DNA of 64,000 bases from Wenyingzhuangia sp. 2_MG-2023. Lineage in GTDB: Bacteria > Bacteroidota > Bacteroidia > Flavobacteriales > Flavobacteriaceae. The position numbers were made by a program, and so were the translations under genes. Below are positions 31,137 through 41,106 of the stretch, piece after piece. The first letter of the stretch is position 1. The number at the start of each line of letters is the position of its first letter. A model generated the notes under the pieces. That model did not search any database. It had not been told where the DNA came from and worked only from the letters and a program-made list of their open reading frames with translations. The DNA lies in contig NZ_JAUOSB010000002.1 of assembly GCF_030548295.1 (NCBI RefSeq), positions 1 through 64,000 on the forward strand. The letters are read 5' to 3'.

Positions 31137-31985
31137 CTAGAAAATTTTAAACCTACCTCCTATTAACAATGTTCCTTGTAAAAAAGTAAAATCTTGAGAT
31201 GCCGAATCAGCTTTGTCATTAGTGGTCCTAATGTTTGGCATGTTGATGTAACCTCCTCTTAAATCTGTTTGCACAAAAAAGTGCTTGAAAAAGACAAAAT
31301 TCAAACCAAACTGAGTGTGAATTCCATATCCTGAAATGTGAAAATCATCATGCCTTTCTTTTCCTAACAAAGTTGCATTGGTCTTAGGCATCAAAAATCC
31401 TGCTCCCACACCTTCTGTCAAATTAATTCTAAAATTTTCAGTATGTATTCCTAAATGCTCACTAATATCATCAAATCTGTTGATAGAAACGTGAATGTAA
31501 TTCAAACCATCTGTGTGTTCAAATTGTAAAAAATCTTTTGTTTGTTTGATTCCATCATTCACAAAAGGAGTTACTGCTCCATCTGCACCTGTAACACCAT
31601 ATGAAGGATCTATTTCTCCATCAATAGTCAACCATTGATCTTGAACGGTTACGTATTTCATATGATCCAACCCTAAAACTACGCTATAGTTCTCATGAAA
31701 AAAATATCCAATAGCCGCATTAGTTTGTGGTAGAGAAATATTTCCTGGATTTAAGTACTTGTTAACAGAAAATGGAATTTGCTTGTCTTTAGCCACGACA
31801 TCCTTTAGGGTAAAATTATAATCATTTCCTTTAAAAGTAATGTCAGAAGCGGAATACTTAGCTCTGTTCCAACCCCAATAAGCATAAAACTTACCTTTGT
31901 TTTTTAACTTGGTATCCATTTCTTGAGCTTGCAATGTTGTTGCTAAAATCATCATCAACAACAAAAATAATTTTGAAATTTTCAT
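31137..31985 (-). CDS. Outer-membrane beta-barrel protein (hypothetical)
   Basis: Signal peptide MKISKLFLLLMMILATTLQAQ (ATG at 31985 within the longer track ORF). Beta-rich, and the C-terminus ...GGRFKIF has the OMP terminal Phe. Confidence 0.5.
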   Translation of the reverse strand: MKISKLFLLLMMILATTLQAQEMDTKLKNKGKFYAYWGWNRAKYSASDITFKGNDYNFTLKDVVAKDKQIPFSVNKYLNPGNISLPQTNAAIGYFFHENYSVVLGLDHMKYVTVQDQWLTIDGEIDPSYGVTGADGAVTPFVNDGIKQTKDFLQFEHTDGLNYIHVSINRFDDISEHLGIHTENFRINLTEGVGAGFLMPKTNATLLGKERHDDFHISGYGIHTQFGLNFVFFKHFFVQTDLRGGYINMPNIRTTNDKADSASQDFTFLQGTLLIGGRFKIF

Positions 31986-32042
31986 GAATATATAAATAAG
32001 TATATTTGATTTAAAAAGTAAGGACAAATTTAGGGAATACAA

Positions 32043-32474
32043 ATGAGTAATAGTTTGAAAAAAATAGAAGATATTTTAAAAAAACACCCGATTGTCTTAT
32101 TTGATGGGGTCTGTAATTTGTGCAATACCTCTGTACAAATTGTCATTAAAAATGATGTGAAAAACATCTTTAAATTTGCTCCTTTACAAAATCCTGAAGT
32201 TCAGATATACCTTCAAAATCAAAAAGAAGATTTTAATGGTGTTGACTCTATATTGCTACTTACTCCACAAAAAATATATACCAAATCTAGTGCAGCCTTA
32301 ACCATTGCCAAAAATTTGAAAGGAATGTATGCTTTGTTGTATGTATTTTACCTAATACCTAAACCTATTAGAGATTTGGTTTATGATTTTATTGCTAAAA
32401 ATCGTTATCGATGGTATGGAAAACAAGACCAGTGTATGATTCCTACAAAAGCATTAAAAAATAAATTTTTATAA
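32043..32474 (+). CDS. DCC1-like thiol-disulfide oxidoreductase family protein (DUF393)
   Basis: N-terminal VLFDGVCNLCN motif. Confidence 0.7.
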   Translation: MSNSLKKIEDILKKHPIVLFDGVCNLCNTSVQIVIKNDVKNIFKFAPLQNPEVQIYLQNQKEDFNGVDSILLLTPQKIYTKSSAALTIAKNLKGMYALLYVFYLIPKPIRDLVYDFIAKNRYRWYGKQDQCMIPTKALKNKFL

Positions 32475-32533
32475 AACCCGCATTGTATTGCATATCCTAT
32501 ATTATCAATTATTTTTGTATCAAATAATTATAC

Positions 32534-32827
32534 ATGGAAAAATTAAAACAACGTTGGGGTTTAAAATCTAATTGGGAAGTATTGGCAATCTTAGTCGCTT
32601 TTAGCATTAACGGTTCTTTTGCTGCTTTTATTGTAAGACCCTCTTTGGCATTGATAGGTATTACCAAAGAGAATTTAAATGTTGTTCTATTTTACATTTT
32701 GTATTTAATTCCCGTTTTTATTGTATACCAATTTACACTTCCTTATTCAGGTTGGTTGGTAGGACAATATCGTTTTTTTAAAAACATGCAAGAGCAAATG
32801 TTCAAAAGAATGAAACTTAAATCTTAG
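32534..32827 (+). CDS. Small membrane protein (hypothetical)
   Basis: 97 aa with 2 TM helices. Confidence 0.4.
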   Translation: MEKLKQRWGLKSNWEVLAILVAFSINGSFAAFIVRPSLALIGITKENLNVVLFYILYLIPVFIVYQFTLPYSGWLVGQYRFFKNMQEQMFKRMKLKS

Positions 32828-33095
32828 TCTTTTCTTCTTTATCAAAAAACACACTTAAAACCCAAGTAACTGTAAACGTTGGAAAGATATCTGTAAAAGG
32901 CAATGCTTCTTCTACAAAACCAACCACAGCTGTGTATTTAGATATTTTGTTTTGAAATACTTTGGTGATTAAATAGGCTGACAATGGAGCCCAAACAATA
33001 TCAATATATTCGGCAACTCCAGGAATAAAGTAAGAAACAATTCCTACCAAATCCAATACAATACTGAGTGCTAATTTTTTATATTTAGATTTCAT
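32817..33095 (-). CDS. Small membrane protein (hypothetical)
   Basis: The track ORF starts at a GTG at 33164. The first ATG (MKSKYKKLALSIVLDLVGIV...) is at 33095. Two TM helices. Confidence 0.35.
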   Translation of the reverse strand: MKSKYKKLALSIVLDLVGIVSYFIPGVAEYIDIVWAPLSAYLITKVFQNKISKYTAVVGFVEEALPFTDIFPTFTVTWVLSVFFDKEEKTKI

Positions 33096-33115
33096 TTCAT
33101 AAAAATAAACAAAAC

Positions 33116-33745
33116 ATGGAGTTTGAGCAATTCCTTTTAAAAATAGAGCAATTAAAAAAAACACCTTTACCAGGAATCAGTGCTCATCGAGAATTAGCCC
33201 CATACCAACGACCTGTTTTTACGGAATACAACATTCCCAACGATGCCAAAAAAGCAGCCGTTTTGGTACTATTTTATCCAAATAAGAATACCACAAACAT
33301 TCTTTTGACCCAAAGAGCGGTTTACAAAGGAACGCATAGCAACCAAATTAGTTTTCCAGGAGGTAAAAAAGACCTAACGGATCCAACTCTAAAAGAAACT
33401 GCATTAAGAGAAACTCTAGAAGAAGTTGGGGTTGTAAAAGAACAAATTGATGTTTTAAAACAACTGAGCACTATTTACATTCCTCCAAGTAATTTTAGTG
33501 TAAACCCATATATAGGCATTGCTACAGAAAATCCTATTTTTAAAACAAACTACGAAGTTGAGCAAATTATTGAGTTCCCGGTGGAGGTATTATTAAATCC
33601 AAAAATTTTAGCTACCTTCCCAATATCAACAGGTAAATTTAAAAATATAGAGGTTCCTTGTTTTCAATATCAAAATCATTTCATTTGGGGTGCAACTGCT
33701 ATGATTTTAAACGAAGTAAAAGAAGTCTTAAAAACTCTTATTTAG
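33116..33745 (+). CDS. NUDIX hydrolase, CoA pyrophosphatase-like
   Basis: Nudix box GGKKDLTDPTLKETALRETLEEVGV. NudL-type architecture. Confidence 0.7.
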   Translation: MEFEQFLLKIEQLKKTPLPGISAHRELAPYQRPVFTEYNIPNDAKKAAVLVLFYPNKNTTNILLTQRAVYKGTHSNQISFPGGKKDLTDPTLKETALRETLEEVGVVKEQIDVLKQLSTIYIPPSNFSVNPYIGIATENPIFKTNYEVEQIIEFPVEVLLNPKILATFPISTGKFKNIEVPCFQYQNHFIWGATAMILNEVKEVLKTLI

Positions 33746-33797
33746 GGATGAAAATATTGTAAATTTGCTTTTCAACTTAAAAAAAAAGAATAGATAA

Positions 33798-34622
33798 ATG
33801 AGCCTATTTAAAAAGAACCCTTTTGGGCAATTCCTTTTTTTAAAAAGAATCATCATCAGTGTTTTTGGTATTATTTCTTACCGTAGATATAATGGTTTCA
33901 ATAAGTTACAAATTGAAGGTTCTGAAATTCTAAAAGAACTTCCAGATAAGAATGTTTTGTTTATTTCTAATCACCAGACTTATTTTGCTGATGTAGCAGC
34001 AATGTACCACGTGTTTTTCGCAACGCTTAATGGTAGAGACAACACGCTAAAAAGATGGACATACTTACTACATCCCAAATTAAACTTATATTATATTGCT
34101 GCTTTAGAAACTATGAAAGCAGGTTTATTGCCTAAAATTTTTGCCTATGTAGGCTCTATTTCTATAGAACGTACTTGGAGAGCTGCAGGAAAAGATGTAA
34201 ACAGACAAGTAAAAATGTCTGACATTACCAACATAAAAAAAGCATTGGATGATGGTTGGGTAATTACCTTTCCGCAAGGAACTACAAAACCTTTCAATCC
34301 TGTAAGAAGAGGAACTGCACATTTGATTAAAACTTACCAACCTATTGTTGTTCCCATTGTAATTGATGGTTTTAGAAGATCTTTTGACAAAAAAGGATTG
34401 TTGATTAAAAAACGTGGGATTCTTCAATCTATGGTGATCAAACAACCTTTACAAATTGATTACGAAACCGAAGATGTAAACGATATTTTGAAAAAAATTG
34501 AATACGCTATAGAACAACATCCTTCTTTCTTAAAAGTAATCTCTATTGAAGAATACGCAGAGCAAGAAAGAAAACTAAACAAACAAAGAGAGTTTTGGAG
34601 TTCTGAAACAGAAGTAGAATAG
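33798..34622 (+). CDS. Lysophospholipid (1-acyl-sn-glycerol-3-phosphate) acyltransferase family protein
   Basis: HX4D-type motif FISNHQTYFAD and a PlsC-like block FPQGTT. Confidence 0.65.
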   Translation: MSLFKKNPFGQFLFLKRIIISVFGIISYRRYNGFNKLQIEGSEILKELPDKNVLFISNHQTYFADVAAMYHVFFATLNGRDNTLKRWTYLLHPKLNLYYIAALETMKAGLLPKIFAYVGSISIERTWRAAGKDVNRQVKMSDITNIKKALDDGWVITFPQGTTKPFNPVRRGTAHLIKTYQPIVVPIVIDGFRRSFDKKGLLIKKRGILQSMVIKQPLQIDYETEDVNDILKKIEYAIEQHPSFLKVISIEEYAEQERKLNKQREFWSSETEVE

Positions 34623-34830
34623 TTAATTTCACAAAATTATATATTAGTTAAAAAGAGATCATTTGATACACGTATCAGAAGGTCTCTTTTTTAGTTTGTC
34701 TATATTTTATAAGATTCATCTATACTTTTAATATGTCTACAGTACAAAAAAAGAGAGTTCATCGCATGTTGAACTCTCTTTTTTATTTTTATATGTATCC
34801 TAATTTAGTTACACCGATAAAAACATTTTT

Positions 34831-36180
34831 TTAAAACTCTTTGTTTTCATCCCAAGCTTCTAAAATATCTTTAATTTCTTTAATGAACATTCCACCCAAA
34901 GCACCATTGATAACTCTATGATCGTAAGAATGTGAAATGTACATTTTTTGTCGAATCCCAATAAAATCTCCATCAGGAGTCTCAATAACAGCAGGCACTT
35001 TTCTAATAGCTCCCAAAGCCAAAATAGCACTTTCTGGCTGATTGATGATTGGTGTTCCAAAAATAGACCCAAATCCTCCAATATTAGTTACTGTATACGT
35101 ACCTCCTTTTACATCTTCTGGTTTTAATTGGTTGTTTTTAGAGCGCAAAGCCAAATCATTTACAGACTTGGTCATTCCAACCAAATTTAAATGTTCTGCA
35201 TTCTTAATTACGGGTACAATTAAATTTCCATCAGGCAAAGCAGAAGCCATCCCTAAATTGATGGATTTTTTCACTACTATTTTATCTTCTCCATCAAACA
35301 TAATATTTACCAACGGATATTTTTTAATAGCCTGCGCTACTGCCATCATAAAAATTGGTGTGTAAGTCAATTTTTGATTTTCTCTTTTCAAAAAAGCATC
35401 TTTTACTTTACTCCTCCATTTTACTAAATTGGTTACATCTACCTCTATAAAAGATTGCACATGAGCAGCTTTACGTTTGGAATGTACCATATGATCTGAG
35501 ATCAATTTCCCCATTCTAGACAAAGTAATCAACTCATCTCCTTGCTGAACTTCTAATACTGAAACTTCTTCTTTTGCAACAGGAACAGGTCTTTTAGATT
35601 CTTTTTTTGCTGATTTTGTAGAATTTTTAGCTTCGTTTGCTATGTTTTTACTTCTATTTTCTACATAAGCTAAAATATCTTCTTTGGTAACTCTTCCTTC
35701 CAAACCAGAACCAGGAATTGCATCCAATTCCGATTGAGAAATTCCCTCTGTAGCTGCAATATTTTTCACCAATGGAGAATAAAATTTATCATCAGAATTA
35801 GTAATGACTGTTTTTTGAGTGTTCGTATTTTGTTGAATTACCTCATCTACTTCAGACGTTACTTGTGTTATCAATTCTTCATCATCAACTGAAACCTCAT
35901 CTTGTATAGATGAATTGTGAGGAACTTCTGCTAATTCTCCTTCTATTTCAATAACAGCAATTACTTGACCTACTTTTACAACCTCTCCTTCATGAAATTT
36001 TTTCTCTATCAAAACTCCTTCAACTTCAGAAGGTACGTCAGAATCTACTTTGTCTGTTGCAATTTCTACCACAGATTCATCCAACTCTATAGAATCTCCA
36101 ACTTCTTTTAACCATGATGTAATAGTTGCCTCAGCAACACTTTCACCCATTTTCGGTAATTTTAATTCAAATCTAGACAT
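34831..36180 (-). CDS. 2-oxoacid dehydrogenase complex E2 (dihydrolipoyllysine-residue acyltransferase)
   Basis: Lipoyl domain with IATDKVDSDV, a peripheral subunit-binding domain, and a catalytic domain ending ...SYDHRVINGALGGMF. Confidence 0.85.
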   Translation of the reverse strand: MSRFELKLPKMGESVAEATITSWLKEVGDSIELDESVVEIATDKVDSDVPSEVEGVLIEKKFHEGEVVKVGQVIAVIEIEGELAEVPHNSSIQDEVSVDDEELITQVTSEVDEVIQQNTNTQKTVITNSDDKFYSPLVKNIAATEGISQSELDAIPGSGLEGRVTKEDILAYVENRSKNIANEAKNSTKSAKKESKRPVPVAKEEVSVLEVQQGDELITLSRMGKLISDHMVHSKRKAAHVQSFIEVDVTNLVKWRSKVKDAFLKRENQKLTYTPIFMMAVAQAIKKYPLVNIMFDGEDKIVVKKSINLGMASALPDGNLIVPVIKNAEHLNLVGMTKSVNDLALRSKNNQLKPEDVKGGTYTVTNIGGFGSIFGTPIINQPESAILALGAIRKVPAVIETPDGDFIGIRQKMYISHSYDHRVINGALGGMFIKEIKDILEAWDENKEF

Positions 36181-36257
36181 CTGTATGCTTTTTTCTTTTG
36201 CGAATTTAATAAATATAGCTGTCTTTAGGATATCACAACCAAAAGATTCTAAAAAAC

Positions 36258-36285
36258 AAACCCGATAACGTCTGTTATCGGGTTT
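36258..36285 (-). terminator. Terminator hairpin downstream of yceI (aaacccgataac..gttatcgggttt)
   Basis: Perfect stem with an A-run on the + strand, which is a U-run for the minus-strand transcript. Confidence 0.6.
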
Positions 36286-36310
36286 GTAGTTTTAAAAATT
36301 AGAAACTTAC

Positions 36311-36874
36311 TTAGAATACAATGTTTACAGACAATTCAAATTCATCATCAATTGCTTTGTCTTTTAAGTTGTCAAAAAAAGATTTTGATCCGTAACGAAT
36401 ATCAAACTTAGTTCTGTCTATTTTAATATCTCCAGAAATAGTGTTTCCTTTTTTAGTCAATGTAAATGCTTTCTTTTCTGTATGCCCTTTAATTGTCAAA
36501 TCTCCTTTTACACTGTTTCCTTCAACACTTGTAATTACAAATGTAGCTTCTGGGTGTTTTGTAACTCCAAAAAAGTCGTCAGAATTTAAATGTCCTTCTA
36601 ATTTTCCTTTGTAATCTCCTTCTAAATCTTTGACGGTAATTGTTGTCATATCAACCACAAAAGATCCACCTACTAACTTTCCTGCTTTTAAATCTACAGA
36701 TCCACTTTTAAAGTTGATTGTTCCGTTATGCTGACCTGTTACTTTTTTACCTACCCAAGCAATGGTACTTTTCTCTGTGTTTATAGGTTTTTTGTTTGCT
36801 GCATCTGCACTAAAAGATAGTGTTAACACTGCCAATACTGCTAAAATTCCTGATTTGATTTTTGTTGTTTTCAT
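36311..36874 (-). CDS. YceI family periplasmic protein
   Basis: Signal peptide and YceI-like beta-barrel motifs (STIAWVGKKVTGQHNGTINFKSGSV...). Confidence 0.8.
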   Translation of the reverse strand: MKTTKIKSGILAVLAVLTLSFSADAANKKPINTEKSTIAWVGKKVTGQHNGTINFKSGSVDLKAGKLVGGSFVVDMTTITVKDLEGDYKGKLEGHLNSDDFFGVTKHPEATFVITSVEGNSVKGDLTIKGHTEKKAFTLTKKGNTISGDIKIDRTKFDIRYGSKSFFDNLKDKAIDDEFELSVNIVF

Positions 36875-36898
36875 TTTAATTGATTTTAATTTTAATTG

Positions 36899-37315
36899 TT
36901 ATTTTATTTTCTCTAATAATGTATTCAATTGAATAAGCTCTTCTTTGGTAAACGATTTTGTTAATTTTTTTTCATAATCTATTAGATATTGATCAATTCC
37001 TGCTAACAACCCCAATCCTTTGTCAGTAATAAATATCTCTATCTTACGTCTGTTTTCTTCACACACCTTACGTTCCAACAGTCCTTTAATTTTTAATTTA
37101 TCTACCAGCCTTGTGGTGTTGCTCATTTTATGAATCATATGCTTTTGCAATTCAAACAAATTTATAGCCAAACCATCTTGTCCTCTTAAAATTCGTAAAA
37201 TATTATACTGTTGCACTGTCAGATCATATATTTTAAAAAAAGCATTCATGTTTTCTGCCATAAAATTTCCTCCTATCATTAGATTTATTACAGCTCTACT
37301 ATTAAGATCATTCAT
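36899..37315 (-). CDS. MarR family transcriptional regulator
   Basis: Winged HTH LTVQQYNILRILRGQ...KMSNTTRLVDKLKIKGLLER. The first ATG is at 37315; the track start at 37378 is TTG. Confidence 0.75.
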   Translation of the reverse strand: MNDLNSRAVINLMIGGNFMAENMNAFFKIYDLTVQQYNILRILRGQDGLAINLFELQKHMIHKMSNTTRLVDKLKIKGLLERKVCEENRRKIEIFITDKGLGLLAGIDQYLIDYEKKLTKSFTKEELIQLNTLLEKIK

Positions 37316-37423
37316 TTTTTTGACAGTTTTAAATATTGTTACTACAACAAATGTATATACAACAGTATTAAAAAACAAGGAAAATTTAACTTTTTTTTAA
37401 GGCTACTTAATAAGTAAACCAAG

Positions 37424-37489
37424 GGAATACGTAATAAACTGCGAAAAAACAGGTGGTTTTTTCTTGGACAATACGTATTAATACGTAGC
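37424..37489 (+). promoter_or_regulatory. Three AATACGTA (TACGTA-palindrome) boxes upstream of the porin gene
   Basis: gggAATACGTAAt at 37426 and cAATACGTAttAATACGTAgc at 37469-37489. Confidence 0.4.
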
Positions 37490-37529
37490 TTTGTCTCAGA
37501 TAAAACTTAAAAACATAAAAAACTTTATC

Positions 37530-38546
37530 ATGAAAAAAATTATTTTATCAGCAATCATGTTAACTGGAATGTTAACTTTTGCACAAGAGTCAAAATTAAA
37601 CATTTCAGGAACAGTAGATGTTTATGCTAAGACAAATTTAAATGCAGACCACGGGGTTACACCTACTTCATCTTTTGCAAACCAATCAGGTTTTGCTTTA
37701 GGTATGGCAAACTTAATTGCTTCTTATGATGGAGCTAAGTCTGGAGTTGTTGCTGATTTAGTATTTGGACCTAGAGGTAACGATGCGGTTTTTGGATCTA
37801 CAGTTGGAAGTACTCCTATTGTGAACCAATTGTATGTTTACTACAATGTTACTGAAAGTACAACTCTTACATTAGGTAACTTTAACACTTTCTTAGGGTA
37901 CGAAGTTATTTCTCCTGCTGCTAACTTTAACTATTCTACATCTTACTTATTTTCTTACGGACCTTTTTCTCATACAGGAATTAAATTAGACTATGCTGCA
38001 ACTGAAGATTTATCTTTCATGTTAGCTGCTATGAACGGAACTGACAACACTGATTATAACATTACTGGAAACGTAGTATTAGGTGGACAAATTGGTTTCA
38101 AAGGTCAATACTTGAACTTAATTTATGGTAACAGTGGAGCTGGTGATCAATTTCAAATTGACTATACTGGAGGATTTGATTTATCTGACGCTTTCTACGT
38201 AGGAATCAACGCTTCTTACAACACTACTGATGCTGGTGAAGATGACCCAACTTACTATGGTGCTGCTTTGTACTTACAATATGCTGTATCTGATACTTTC
38301 TCTTTAGGATTACGTCCTGAATACTTCTACGAAGAAAACGGATTTGGTGCAATCAATGAAGATGCTACTGACATGGAGGGAGATATCTTTGCTTTAACAT
38401 TGACTGGAAACATCAAATTAGACGATAGCTTAACTTTGATTCCTGAAATTAGAATGGATTCTGCTTCTGAAGCTTCATTTGCAAAAGATGGTGTTGATGA
38501 AAAATCAATGTCTTCTATCTTAGTTGCTGCTGTATACTCTTTCTAA
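37530..38546 (+). CDS. Outer-membrane porin (beta-barrel), first gene of the porin-glnK-amt unit
   Basis: Signal peptide MKKIILSAIMLTGMLTFAQ (ATG at 37530), alternating beta strands, and C-terminal ...AAVYSF. Confidence 0.65.
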   Translation: MKKIILSAIMLTGMLTFAQESKLNISGTVDVYAKTNLNADHGVTPTSSFANQSGFALGMANLIASYDGAKSGVVADLVFGPRGNDAVFGSTVGSTPIVNQLYVYYNVTESTTLTLGNFNTFLGYEVISPAANFNYSTSYLFSYGPFSHTGIKLDYAATEDLSFMLAAMNGTDNTDYNITGNVVLGGQIGFKGQYLNLIYGNSGAGDQFQIDYTGGFDLSDAFYVGINASYNTTDAGEDDPTYYGAALYLQYAVSDTFSLGLRPEYFYEENGFGAINEDATDMEGDIFALTLTGNIKLDDSLTLIPEIRMDSASEASFAKDGVDEKSMSSILVAAVYSF

Positions 38547-38635
38547 TCTTAGAAAAGTTTAAAACAAATCATCTGGTAAGGTGCGAGCCTTGCCAGATAA
38601 CAAAAATAATTTCAACTTAATTTAAACTTTCAATT

Positions 38636-38974
38636 ATGAAAAAAATCGAAGCAATCATCAGAAAATCTAAGTTTTCTGAGGTTAAGGAAGCTTTGCACGA
38701 GGTAGGTGTAAACTTCTTCTCTTACTGGGATGTAACAGGGTTAGGGAACGAAAAGGTAGGAAAAGTATACCGTGGGGTATCTTTCAGCACTAACGATATC
38801 CAAAGACGTCAATTGTCAATCATTGTAAACGATGACTTTGAACAAATTACTGTTGACACTTTATTAAAAACAGCTGGTACTGGCGAAGTTGGAGATGGAA
38901 AAATCTTTGTTTCAGAAGTAAAAGAAACGTACCGTATCCGTACTGGAGAAAAAGGAGCAGAAACTTTAAAATAA
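38636..38974 (+). CDS. glnK: Nitrogen regulatory protein P-II (GlnK type)
   Basis: 112 aa. MKKIEAIIRKSKFSEVKEAL...GDGKIFVSEV...RIRTGE. Conserved P-II core and B/C loops. Confidence 0.9.
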   Translation: MKKIEAIIRKSKFSEVKEALHEVGVNFFSYWDVTGLGNEKVGKVYRGVSFSTNDIQRRQLSIIVNDDFEQITVDTLLKTAGTGEVGDGKIFVSEVKETYRIRTGEKGAETLK

Positions 38975-39009
38975 AACTAAAACTACAAACTATTTAAAAT
39001 TTTAATTAT

Positions 39010-40185
39010 ATGGATACAAGTGCAATTATGGGAGCTTTGTGGATAATTATATCAGGAATCTTGGTATTTTTTATGCAAGCAGGTTTTACCCTAGTAGAAA
39101 CAGGATTTACTCGTTCTAAGAACGCTGGTAACATTATCATGAAAAACATTATGGATTTAATTGTAGGATCTTTAGGATTCTGGGCAATTGGATACTCTGT
39201 AATGTACGGATCTTCAATCTCAGGTTTTATTGGTACTCCTGAATTGTTCGGATTGGCAGGTACTAAAAACTTTGAATTATTTTTCCAAACTGTATTTGCT
39301 GCAACTGCTGCAACTATCGTTTCTGGAGCTGTTGCAGGTAGAACAAAATTTTCTACTTATATCATTTTCTCTTTTATCATGACAATTATTATCTATCCAA
39401 TCGCAGGTAGCTGGCAATGGAATGGTGATGGATGGTTAGCTCAAATGGGATTCATTGATTTTGCAGGATCTTCTATTGTACACGCTGTTGGTGGATGGTC
39501 TGCTTTAATTGGTGCTATCTTAGTTGGACCAAGAATTGGAAAATACAAAGATGGAGTTTCTCAAGCAATTCCAGGACACAACTTATTGATTGGTGCATTA
39601 GGTGTAATGATCTTATGGTTAGGATGGTTTGGATTTAACGGAGGTTCTCAATTAGCTTTTGGATCTGAAGAAGATGTTGATGCTGTTGGATTGGTGTTGA
39701 TTAACACAAACTTAGCTGCCGCTGCTGGTGCTGCTGCTGCATTGTTCTACACTTGGTTACGTTACGGACAGCCAGATATCTCTATGACATTAAACGGAGC
39801 ATTAGCTGGATTGGTTTGTATTACTGCTGGATGTGGAAATGTTGAGCCTGGTGCTGCTGCTATTATGGGTATGATTGCTGGTGTTGTTGTAGTAATCTCT
39901 ATTACTTTTATTGACGAAACATTAAAAATTGATGATCCAGTTGGAGCAGTTTCTGTACACGGAGTATGTGGTACTTTAGGAACTATCTTATTAGGTGTAT
40001 TCTCTCCTGATGCTGATATCTTAACTCAAACAATTGGTGCTGTATCTTACATGGTATGGGCTTTAGTATTAGCATTCATCGTATTTACTATCTTAAAAGT
40101 TACTATCGGATTGAGAGTTTCTGAAAAAGAAGAAATCGAAGGATTAGACAAAGCTGAACACGGAATTGGAGTTTACAACGAATAA
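39010..40185 (+). CDS. amt: Ammonium transporter
   Basis: 391 aa, 11 TM. Amt signatures DFAGSSIVHAVGGWSALIGAILVGPR and GFNGGS. Confidence 0.9.
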   Translation: MDTSAIMGALWIIISGILVFFMQAGFTLVETGFTRSKNAGNIIMKNIMDLIVGSLGFWAIGYSVMYGSSISGFIGTPELFGLAGTKNFELFFQTVFAATAATIVSGAVAGRTKFSTYIIFSFIMTIIIYPIAGSWQWNGDGWLAQMGFIDFAGSSIVHAVGGWSALIGAILVGPRIGKYKDGVSQAIPGHNLLIGALGVMILWLGWFGFNGGSQLAFGSEEDVDAVGLVLINTNLAAAAGAAAALFYTWLRYGQPDISMTLNGALAGLVCITAGCGNVEPGAAAIMGMIAGVVVVISITFIDETLKIDDPVGAVSVHGVCGTLGTILLGVFSPDADILTQTIGAVSYMVWALVLAFIVFTILKVTIGLRVSEKEEIEGLDKAEHGIGVYNE

Positions 40186-40210
40186 TTATTTGTTCTAAGT
40201 TTATATTATA

Positions 40211-40247
40211 AAACAGCCTAATTCTATTATGGAATTAGGCTGTTTTT
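40211..40247 (+). terminator. Rho-independent terminator after amt copy 1
   Basis: aaacagcctaattc..gaattaggctgttttt. Confidence 0.7.
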
Positions 40248-40294
40248 ATACCTAAAATTTTAGTAAATTTATTACATTAAAAATTACACACAGG

Positions 40295-40633
40295 ATGAAA
40301 AAAATAGAAGCAATTATTAGAAAGTCAAAATTTAGCGATGTTAAGGCTGCGTTGCATGATGTAGGTGTAAATTTCTTCTCTTACTGGGATGTTACCGCAC
40401 TAGGTAATGAAAAAGTAGGAAAGGTTTATAGAGGTATTTCTTTTAGTACTGCCGACATCCAAAGAAGGTATTTATCCGTTATCGTAAATGATGACTTTGA
40501 ACAAATCACTATCGAAACTATTTTAAAATCTGCAGCAACTGGTGAAGTTGGTGATGGAAAAATATTTGTCTATGATGTAAACGAAACTTACAGAATTAGA
40601 ACCGGTGAAAAAGGAGAAGCAACTTTAAGGTAA
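40295..40633 (+). CDS. glnK: P-II protein, copy 2
   Basis: 112 aa, near-identical to copy 3. Confidence 0.9.
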   Translation: MKKIEAIIRKSKFSDVKAALHDVGVNFFSYWDVTALGNEKVGKVYRGISFSTADIQRRYLSVIVNDDFEQITIETILKSAATGEVGDGKIFVYDVNETYRIRTGEKGEATLR

Positions 40634-40704
40634 TACGTTTAAATACGTAGAATTACTTTTTTGATAAAAATACGTAGTACTCTTAGAGTATTACGTATTT
40701 TTTT
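40631..40704 (+). promoter_or_regulatory. TACGTA-box cluster including a 31-bp near-perfect inverted repeat AATACGTAGTACTCTtAGAGTATTACGTATT
   Basis: taATACGTttaaATACGTAg (40631-40656) and the palindrome at 40668-40700, which has a single mismatch. Confidence 0.5.
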
Positions 40705-40764
40705 GCTTTAATATTTTTTAAAAACATAGTATTATATTTGTTAGCGAATATAAAACAAACTTAA

Positions 40765-41103
40765 ATGAAGAAAATTGAAGCAATCATTAGGAAATCTAAA
40801 TTTTCTGATGTCAAAAAAGCGCTCCATGATGTAGGGGTGAATTTTTTTTCTTATTGGGATGTTACCGCACTAGGTAATGAACGAATTGGTAAAGTATATC
40901 GAGGAATTTCTTTTAGTACTGCCGATATCCAAAGACGTTACTTGTCTATTATTGTAAATGATGATTTTGAACAAATAACCATCGAAACTATTCTAAAATC
41001 AGGTGCAACTGGTGATGTTGGTGACGGTAAAATATTTGTTTATGATGTAAAAGAAACTTACAGAATTAGAACCGGTGAAAAAGGAGAAGCAACTTTAAGA
41101 TAA
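40765..41103 (+). CDS. glnK: P-II protein, copy 3
   Basis: 112 aa. A tandem paralog of copy 2. Confidence 0.9.
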   Translation: MKKIEAIIRKSKFSDVKKALHDVGVNFFSYWDVTALGNERIGKVYRGISFSTADIQRRYLSIIVNDDFEQITIETILKSGATGDVGDGKIFVYDVKETYRIRTGEKGEATLR

Positions 41104-41106
41104 ACT

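Noticed and set aside
38557-38590. Hairpin ATCTGGTAAGG..CCTTGCCAGAT between the porin and the first glnK, as a terminator
   Set aside because: There is no following U-run. It may be an RNA-processing or attenuator structure. It is not called as a feature.
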